From: Bdellovibrionales bacterium
GTDB taxonomy: Bacteria; Bdellovibrionota; Bdellovibrionia; Bdellovibrionales; UBA1609
Direction: 5' to 3'
DNA length: 64,000 nt
Assembly (NCBI GenBank): GCA_041690295.1
Contig: JAWLHR010000012.1
Span: forward strand, 1-64,000
Both the position numbers and the translations under genes were made by a program. A model generated the notes under the pieces. It did no database searches, had not been told where the DNA came from, and saw nothing but the letters and a program-made list of their open reading frames with translations. This document shows positions 57,653 through 64,000 of this stretch, one piece after another (within the stretch, counting starts at the first letter, position 1; every line of letters begins with the position of its first letter).

Positions 57653-59224
57653 TTAGAAGCCCGTGATCCTGAATTCCAAATCCGGGTTTTCCCGTTTGAG
57701 CCAATTCAGATCCCATTCCTTCTCTAAAAGAACAACAGGCCGCTCATGGTCGTCCATATAGAGCTTGGCGCCGCCATTGATCGATTTTGGCGGTTGTCCG
57801 TCTTTTGTTATGGGCCAGCGGGCCACGGTGTATGGCAAGCGATCAAGCCGGACATCCAATTGATATTCATCGGTCAGCCGGAACAACAGCACATCGAATT
57901 GCAGTTCACCAACGACACCCACGATCGGGTCCTGCTTGCCGATCAACGGATCAAAAAGAAGCTGAATGGTTCCCTCTTCGGCCAATTGTTGCACGCCTTT
58001 TTGCAAGGTCTTTCTCTTTAAAGGATCCTTGATGCTCAAGCGCCCGAAAATTTCCGGTGAAAACCGTGGGATGGGATCAAATTGCAAATCCTTACCCTGA
58101 ACGATCGTGTCGCCGATTTGGAAATAACCGGTATCAATGATTCCCACGATGTCGCCGGCGAAGGCCACATCCACGGTCTCTCGCTCGCGCGCCAAAAACT
58201 GATTGGCATAAGACAGCCTGAGTTCGCGATCCAGCCGCGGATGGCGAACCTTCATGCCCCGCTCGAATTGGCCGGAGCAAACGCGAACAAACGCCACTCG
58301 GTCCCGGTGTTTGCGATCCATATTGGCCTGAATTTTAAACACGAACCCCGTGAAGTTTTTGTCGGTGGGATGCACGGTTCCGGCGGTGGAATTTCTCGGC
58401 GCGGGCGGCGGCGCATGGGCCGCGAACAAATCCAAAAAGATGTCCACTCCCCAGTTGTGCTTGGCGCTTCCGAAAGTCATCGGCGACACTTCGCCATTTA
58501 AAAATTCTTCCGTGCTGAACTCGCCGATCGCCAGCTCCAGAAGCTCCATCTCTTCCTGCAATTGGTTGAAAAATTCCTCGCCCACTTTTTCTTTGATCAA
58601 GGGATCCTGCCAACCTTGAACGGGCACGACATCCGCCGCTTCCTCACCTCGTTTGTAAAGTAGGAGTTCTTTACGAAGCCTATGGTAGAGGCCTTTAAAG
58701 CGATCGCCCATGCCGATCGGCCACGTGACGGGATAGCATTTAATCCCCAGCGTGGTTTCCACGTCATCGATCAGGGCCAGCGGTTCTTTACCTTCGCGGT
58801 CCATCTTGTTGGCGAAGGTGAAAATCGGAATCTTACGCAAGCGACAGACTTCATAAAGTTTGCGAGTCTGTGACTCCACACCTTTGGCGGCGTCAATCAA
58901 CATGGCCGCGCAATCGGCGGCGATCAGGGTGCGATAGGTGTCCTCACCGAAATCTTTGTGACCTGGCGTATCGAGCAAATTGACCCTTAAGCCCTTATAA
59001 TCGAACTGCATCACGCTTGAGGTGATTGAAACCCCACGCTGTTGCTCCAGGGCCATCCAATCCGAAGTGGCTTTCTTGGTGCCGGTCTTGCCGTGGACCT
59101 CCCCGGCCTCACGGATCACCCCGCCCAGCCAGAGGATTTTTTCGGTAATTGTGGTCTTACCAGCGTCAGGGTGGGAGATAATGGCGAACGTCCGCCGACG
59201 CAGTACTTCGTCTTCAAAGGTCAT
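57653..59224 (-). CDS. prfC: peptide chain release factor 3
   Basis: 'RRTFAIISHPDAGKTT.TEK', 'SDWM..EQQRG.SI', 'LLDTPGH.DF.EDTYR', 'FKIQANMD..HRDR', 'VG.LQFDV'. Confidence 0.97.
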   Translation of the reverse strand: MTFEDEVLRRRTFAIISHPDAGKTTITEKILWLGGVIREAGEVHGKTGTKKATSDWMALEQQRGVSITSSVMQFDYKGLRVNLLDTPGHKDFGEDTYRTLIAADCAAMLIDAAKGVESQTRKLYEVCRLRKIPIFTFANKMDREGKEPLALIDDVETTLGIKCYPVTWPIGMGDRFKGLYHRLRKELLLYKRGEEAADVVPVQGWQDPLIKEKVGEEFFNQLQEEMELLELAIGEFSTEEFLNGEVSPMTFGSAKHNWGVDIFLDLFAAHAPPPAPRNSTAGTVHPTDKNFTGFVFKIQANMDRKHRDRVAFVRVCSGQFERGMKVRHPRLDRELRLSYANQFLARERETVDVAFAGDIVGIIDTGYFQIGDTIVQGKDLQFDPIPRFSPEIFGRLSIKDPLKRKTLQKGVQQLAEEGTIQLLFDPLIGKQDPIVGVVGELQFDVLLFRLTDEYQLDVRLDRLPYTVARWPITKDGQPPKSINGGAKLYMDDHERPVVLLEKEWDLNWLKRENPDLEFRITGF

Positions 59225-59296
59225 TGGCTTCGAGTAACGTTTTTGCCGCAAAAAGACAAGATGACATGGAGTTAGGCCTCATTTAATGTCGAGGCG

Positions 59297-59530
59297 ATGG
59301 CGGACAAGACCAATAAATTCCCCGACAACATTCCGGGTCGGTATTATGTGGACAAGGAATGCATCGCCTGTGATGCGTGCGTACTCGCGGCGCCGGATCA
59401 CTTTAAAATGCATGATGAGGATGGCCACGCGTTCGTCATCAAACAGCCGACCACCGAAGAGGAAGAAGAGCGCTGTAAGGAAGCCATGGAAGGATGCCCG
59501 GTCGAGGCCATCGGAAACGACGGCGACTAG
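59297..59530 (+). CDS. single-cluster [4Fe-4S] ferredoxin
   Basis: 'YYVD..CIACDAC...AP..F' ... 'GCPVEAIG'. Confidence 0.92.
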   Translation: MADKTNKFPDNIPGRYYVDKECIACDACVLAAPDHFKMHDEDGHAFVIKQPTTEEEEERCKEAMEGCPVEAIGNDGD

Positions 59531-60357
59531 GCCTTTTCACCCATTTTCACCGGACCGATCTCAGTCTGTATTTCCGGAAATCCTTTTTCATACAAACAAA
59601 CAACCGTCGATCCGAGATGAAAAATGCCGATCTCATCACCCACACGGGTGGCCAAAGGCGGCGTATAAGTGCGATCGGTCGGCGCGTGCCAGAGCCACCT
59701 GTTGGTCACAATCGACGGATCCGGAGTGATGGTCATATGGCCCACATTGGTGGCCCCCACCATCACCACCGTGAAGCGCCCTTCGGGGCTTACAAAATTC
59801 AACACCACCCGTTCGTTCAAACAAAAAAGCCGTTTGATGTTCGTCACGCTCCATTGATTCACCGGCCAAAGAAGACCCGGGATGTGCCGGGCCGACGCAA
59901 GCCCTCCGGTATGAGGCGCGTGCACGCGATGATAATCGGCCGGACAAAGATAATACGTCCCGTAGGAGCCGCCCTCATAGGCTTGGGCCAGTTCCGCGTC
60001 GCCCAGAAACTCGGCCAGCGAGTAGGTCCACCCCTTGGCCTGAACCAATTCCCCTTTTTGAATCACGCCTTTGGTGGAAAGCACGCCGTCCACCGGATGA
60101 ATCCGTGAGCCCTGGATCGGGCGCGCGCCCGGCTTTAAACGCCTCGTGAAGAAGTCATCAAAACTTATATAACGGCGGCGCTCGGCCAGCGAAAGATCGA
60201 TTTTGAAAATTTTCGCGAAAACCGGAATCGTGAAATAAGTTAGCGGCCAATGGGGCAAACGCATGAGTACGCCCACCGCGCGACTCATCAGGCGCTTCGG
60301 AAACCAGGGAAAAATCCATGAGAAAAAGAAATCCGAGCAGGCTTTCATTGCCCACAT
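59527..60357 (-). CDS. psd: phosphatidylserine decarboxylase proenzyme
   Basis: 'FFTRRLK.G.RP', 'P.DG', 'YL.P.DYHR.H', 'NERV', 'VGATNVG', 'LGSTVV' autocleavage site. Confidence 0.95.
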   Translation of the reverse strand: MWAMKACSDFFFSWIFPWFPKRLMSRAVGVLMRLPHWPLTYFTIPVFAKIFKIDLSLAERRRYISFDDFFTRRLKPGARPIQGSRIHPVDGVLSTKGVIQKGELVQAKGWTYSLAEFLGDAELAQAYEGGSYGTYYLCPADYHRVHAPHTGGLASARHIPGLLWPVNQWSVTNIKRLFCLNERVVLNFVSPEGRFTVVMVGATNVGHMTITPDPSIVTNRWLWHAPTDRTYTPPLATRVGDEIGIFHLGSTVVCLYEKGFPEIQTEIGPVKMGEKA

Positions 60358-60383
60358 GTTAGAGTCTCGTTACAAGGGAGTCC

Positions 60384-61943
60384 ATGAGTCGCACCCTGCG
60401 CAATATAGTCCTTGGATTGGACGATTCCCTTGAGGAACACCTGTCCTGGCTCGTCCCCGATCATGGCGAGTTCAGAATTCTTCGCCAATCCATTGATGCC
60501 AGGCGCCGCCATGATCCCCGCATGGTGTACTCAGTGGAAGTCTTCGATCGCGGTGAAAAGATCGGCAAACCCAAAATCGAATTGGAAAAGGTGAAGGGTT
60601 ATAAAGGACTCCCGGTGGTGATCCTCGGCGCGGGGCCCGCGGGATTGTTCGCGGCTTTGCGGCTCAGTGAGCGCGGTGTTCCCTGCATTCTTCTCGAGCA
60701 AGGCTCGGTGACGGAAAAGCGTGTGATCGCCATTGGTAAATTCTGGCGCCGGGGTGAACTCGATCCGCTCAACAATGTGGGTTTTGGCGAAGGTGGCGCG
60801 GGGCTCTTTTCCGACGGCAAGTTGATCACCAGAATCAAATCCGAACACATCCCCTATGTGATGCAGCGGCTGGTTCAGTTCGGCGCGCCCCCGGAAATCG
60901 AATACCTGGCCAACCCCCATGTGGGCTCGGATCGGATCCGGCGTGTGATTCCCAAACTGCGCGAACACCTGCTCGCGCTGGGTGCCGACCTGCGCTTTGA
61001 CTCAAAAGTCACGGAGATTGAACTTTCATCGTCCTCAGGGCCATCGGCGGTGACGGCCGTACGCTTGGCGAATGGTGAGCGGATCCCCTGTGAACGGTTG
61101 ATTCTGGCCTGCGGCCATTCCGCTGAAGATTTATTCACGCATCTGCGCGATATCGGGGTTCATATAGAAGGTAAATCCTTCGCCGTGGGATTACGAATTG
61201 AACATCCTCAAGACTACATCAATGAGATTCAATACCGGCAGTACAAAGATCATCCGAAATTAGGCGCGGCCAACTATAAGCTGGCCTTTCACGATCAAGC
61301 AGCTGATGTCGGCGTTTACAGTTTTTGCATGTGTCCTGGCGGATACGTGCTTTCCTGCGCGACTTCACCGGATCGGATCGTCAGCAACGGCATGAGCAAT
61401 TACAAACGCAATTCGCGCTTTGCGAACTCGGCGTTAGTGGTCACGGTGAACCATGCCAAAAGCTTCGAGGATACTTTCGGCGGACTTGAATTTCGCCGGC
61501 AACTGGAGAATCGAGCCTTTATTTTGGCTCGGGAAGCGGGCGCCCGGAACGAACTCCCGGCGCAAACGCTTCCCTCCTTCCTCGAAGGCAAGTCCTCGCC
61601 CGTCGGCGAATCGTCCTGCCCGTCCGGCGTCGTCTCCACCCGCTTGGACCTCTTAATGGGAGAAGAATTCAAAAAACATCTCTGGACCGCGCTTCAGACG
61701 TTTGATCGCCGTATGAAAGGCTTCATATCCGATAAGGCCCTGCTCCACGGGGTGGAATCGCGCACCTCATGCCCGATCCGAATCACTCGTGATCCACAAA
61801 CTTTGCAATCGCTCTCTCATCAAGGCCTTTATCCGTGTGGCGAAGGGGCCGGCTATGCCGGCGGCATCACGAGCGCCGCCTGTGACGGTATTCGAGTGGC
61901 GGATGCGATTGTTGCAAGAAACCACCGCAATCAGAGTGCATAA
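60384..61943 (+). CDS. NAD(P)/FAD-dependent oxidoreductase (COG2509-like)
   Basis: 'GAGPAGLF', 'GEGGAG.FSDGKL', 'YSFCMCPGG', 'GVESRTS.P', 'GEGAGYAGGI.SAA.DG'. Confidence 0.92.
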   Translation: MSRTLRNIVLGLDDSLEEHLSWLVPDHGEFRILRQSIDARRRHDPRMVYSVEVFDRGEKIGKPKIELEKVKGYKGLPVVILGAGPAGLFAALRLSERGVPCILLEQGSVTEKRVIAIGKFWRRGELDPLNNVGFGEGGAGLFSDGKLITRIKSEHIPYVMQRLVQFGAPPEIEYLANPHVGSDRIRRVIPKLREHLLALGADLRFDSKVTEIELSSSSGPSAVTAVRLANGERIPCERLILACGHSAEDLFTHLRDIGVHIEGKSFAVGLRIEHPQDYINEIQYRQYKDHPKLGAANYKLAFHDQAADVGVYSFCMCPGGYVLSCATSPDRIVSNGMSNYKRNSRFANSALVVTVNHAKSFEDTFGGLEFRRQLENRAFILAREAGARNELPAQTLPSFLEGKSSPVGESSCPSGVVSTRLDLLMGEEFKKHLWTALQTFDRRMKGFISDKALLHGVESRTSCPIRITRDPQTLQSLSHQGLYPCGEGAGYAGGITSAACDGIRVADAIVARNHRNQSA

Positions 61944-62022
61944 ATAAACACAATAGAACCATCGCACAATTTTCCATTTAAAACTTGAATGCCTGTGATT
62001 CTTTGGTTAACCGGGCCTCAAC

Positions 62023-62697
62023 ATGAAAATCATGCGGCTTTTTTTGCTCCTGATCCTCGGGATCGGACCGGGTCAGTTCATATGGGCCCACCAGGGCTTC
62101 GTTCAGCTGTATGACTGTGAAATCGATCTCCTCGCCCCCCGCCCATGGGCCACGCCCCAAATTATTGTTCCTGAAGATCTGGCGAACACGTATCTCATCG
62201 CCGACGAAAGAGAATTTGAGCGAATCCTCGCCAAACACCATGCCTGGGCGGTTCCCGCTTCCAGGGACGAAAACGAGCTTCTCCTTCCATCAGTGGAAAA
62301 AATGATGATCGTGCGGTTTAAGGCGGTGGACAATAACCTATTGGTCACTCAGCTCCAGCCCGCGGACGAAAACGCCCAACGTGATTATTGGCGACGGATC
62401 GCCAATCACCATCATATCGCCTCTGTCTTCAGCGATCTTGGCCCGGACATGAAGGAATCCATCCTGATCAGCGGCCCCGTGCTGGTGAAACTGATCGTAA
62501 AACATGATTTCACATTCGATGAAATCGCGGCGATTTTAATCGAAACGCAAAAAGGCGAAGTTTTCCGACGTAAAGATGTCTTTCGGTCAATCACCCATTA
62601 CGGCGGTGTGTTTTATGAGGTGCTGATCGCCTACGAGGACAATCGCCCGGCCCGTTTGGTCACGATTTATCCCGTAGGCCAAATAAAAGTGAATTAA
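62023..62697 (+). CDS. hypothetical secreted protein with possible C-terminal BrnT/RelE-like domain
   Basis: Hydrophobic N-terminal signal; C-terminal 'KL..KH..TFDEI..IL...RLVTIYP'. Confidence 0.6.
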   Translation: MKIMRLFLLLILGIGPGQFIWAHQGFVQLYDCEIDLLAPRPWATPQIIVPEDLANTYLIADEREFERILAKHHAWAVPASRDENELLLPSVEKMMIVRFKAVDNNLLVTQLQPADENAQRDYWRRIANHHHIASVFSDLGPDMKESILISGPVLVKLIVKHDFTFDEIAAILIETQKGEVFRRKDVFRSITHYGGVFYEVLIAYEDNRPARLVTIYPVGQIKVN

Positions 62698-63749
62698 ACC
62701 GCCGGTTCCGCGTCGGTGTTGCCGTCGCTGTCTTCAAGCAACCCTTCCGTCACCATGGCCACTTCTTCGGCCTGTTCAGCGGACTCAGCCTTTTGCGCCT
62801 CGTAACGCTCCAACCAGCGGCGATCTTTCTCGTCGATTTCTTCACCGACAGCGAGCGCTTCACGAAGATTTTGCGCCCGCTCCGCGTCCCGCTTCTCGCG
62901 CATCCGCTGTTTTTCTTGCTCAAAGAACTCACTGCTGGTCGAGATCTGGCTCAATTCATCGGTGATTTGCAAAAGTTCTTCTTCACCTTCCGAATAAGAC
63001 GTTCCCGCCACTTCCTCGGAAAGCTCTTCCGTCAAATCGCCCAACGTTTCTTTCTTTTCTTCGTCGCCGATGCCTTCGGGGATCAGCTGGTCGATTTCAT
63101 GAAGTGAAGGAAGTTCTTTAATGTTACGAAGACCAAAGACCTCAAGGAACTTTCGAGTCGTTTCATAATACATGGGTTTACCGGGCAGCTCACTTCGTTC
63201 GCCGAAGTTCACCAGGCCTTTTTCCATGAGCGCGCGCAAAAGATGCCCGGATTCCACACCGCGAATTTCATCGATTTGCGCTTTCGTCACCGGCTGTTTA
63301 TAGGCCACGATCGATAAGACCTCGAGCGCCGGCCCTGAAAGTTTAAAAGGCTTCGGTTTCACCGACTGGCGAAGGTACTTCATATTTTCCGGTTTGGTTC
63401 GCAACTGAAAACCGCCGCCAACCTCATCCAGGCTGAAACCACGGAAGGACTCGTTGTATTCTTCCTGTAAGGCCTGGAGCGCCTCGCGAATATCCTTGGA
63501 CCGAACTTGTGTGCCTTTGAATGATTGCTTGATCACCGCGATACTCAGAGGCTTATCGGTCGCGAACAAAACGCTCTCGACAATGGAGCGGATCTGCTCG
63601 GGCGAGAGCGTTTCAACCTCTTCAATTTCCGCCGACTCGAATCCCTCAAGTTCCGTGCCCTGAAGATCCATCGACTCTTCCGATTCTTCCGTGGCTTGCT
63701 CTTTCAGATCGTCTTGCGGGTCAAAGTCGATTCCATCCTGCTCCATCAT
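62694..63749 (-). CDS. scpB: SMC-Scp complex subunit ScpB with acidic N- and C-terminal extensions
   Basis: 'ES.LFA', 'GFQLRT', 'LS.PALEVL.I.AY.QP.T...I..IRGV', 'G.P..Y.TT..FL..FGL'. Confidence 0.95.
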   Translation of the reverse strand: MMEQDGIDFDPQDDLKEQATEESEESMDLQGTELEGFESAEIEEVETLSPEQIRSIVESVLFATDKPLSIAVIKQSFKGTQVRSKDIREALQALQEEYNESFRGFSLDEVGGGFQLRTKPENMKYLRQSVKPKPFKLSGPALEVLSIVAYKQPVTKAQIDEIRGVESGHLLRALMEKGLVNFGERSELPGKPMYYETTRKFLEVFGLRNIKELPSLHEIDQLIPEGIGDEEKKETLGDLTEELSEEVAGTSYSEGEEELLQITDELSQISTSSEFFEQEKQRMREKRDAERAQNLREALAVGEEIDEKDRRWLERYEAQKAESAEQAEEVAMVTEGLLEDSDGNTDAEPAV

Positions 63750-64000
63750 GCCTCCGAACTCTCAGGCGTGGTGAGGAATGACATGTATTCCAATCCCAGC
63801 CGTTTTTCCTCTTCTTCAATTTCCTCGTCGGTGGCCGCCTCGGCGTAACTTTCCACGGCCACGCTTTCCTCAGCCACATCCTCGGATATCACCGCGGATT
63901 CTTCTAAAGCCATATGCATTTGAACTTCGGCTTGCTCTTCCACTTCCGAATGAACGGACTCGTAATTTTCCACCTGGGAGACAACATCACGATCGATCGG
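63746..64000 (-). CDS. scpA: 3' end of probable ScpA (acidic tail), extends beyond the window
   Basis: Frame is open from the edge (PIDRDVVSQVENY...) and has an ATGA overlap with scpB. Identity is inferred from position only. Confidence 0.55.
   Translation of the reverse strand, partial: PIDRDVVSQVENYESVHSEVEEQAEVQMHMALEESAVISEDVAEESVAVESYAEAATDEEIEEEEKRLGLEYMSFLTTPESSEA

Overview
A gene-dense, mid-GC bacterial chromosomal window with about 60 CDS and one tRNA-Ala(CGC). I found no rRNA, CRISPR array, prophage, integrase or transposase. Several traits suggest a Bdellovibrionota-like (predatory) bacterium: FQNC-type lipoproteins, an RCC1-repeat lipoprotein, NirK fused to cytochrome c, an acidic-tailed ScpB and many orphan secreted proteins. 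This assignment is inference only. Recognisable blocks: (1) FAD oxidase, ABC-F ATPase, an LtaS/sulfatase-GDPD fusion, a TolB-like protein and tRNA-Ala preceded by a structured 141-bp element; (2) a nitrite/NO block (terC divergent from nirK-nirV-sco-nnrS, then usp, cvrA, a Cys-rich HTH regulator, folE and a Rieske-FAD reductase); (3) a SET-domain protein convergent with a 2OG-Fe(II) dioxygenase; (4) an ~11-kb minus-strand envelope block (ankyrin lipoprotein, lipoprotein, porin, beta-barrel, TolC, triple-repeat lipoprotein, RND pump, Zn-ribbon membrane protein, frameshifted lipoprotein); (5) phosphoesterase plus beta-barrel, divergent RCC1 and vWA lipoproteins, a GT-C-like protein and msrA; (6) a second TetR-TolC-RND unit; (7) housekeeping genes (trhO, hppA, class-IV aminotransferase, rimK, udk, prfC, ferredoxin, psd, scpB, end of scpA). 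The best candidate for an undescribed system: neither RND-TolC unit encodes an AcrA-type adaptor, and in one unit the adaptor position holds an unrelated lipoprotein with three tandem repeats. Other leads are a secreted protein with a BrnT/RelE-like domain, the LtaS-GDPD fusion and the structured element before the tRNA. All calls come from motif recognition by eye; no searches were run.
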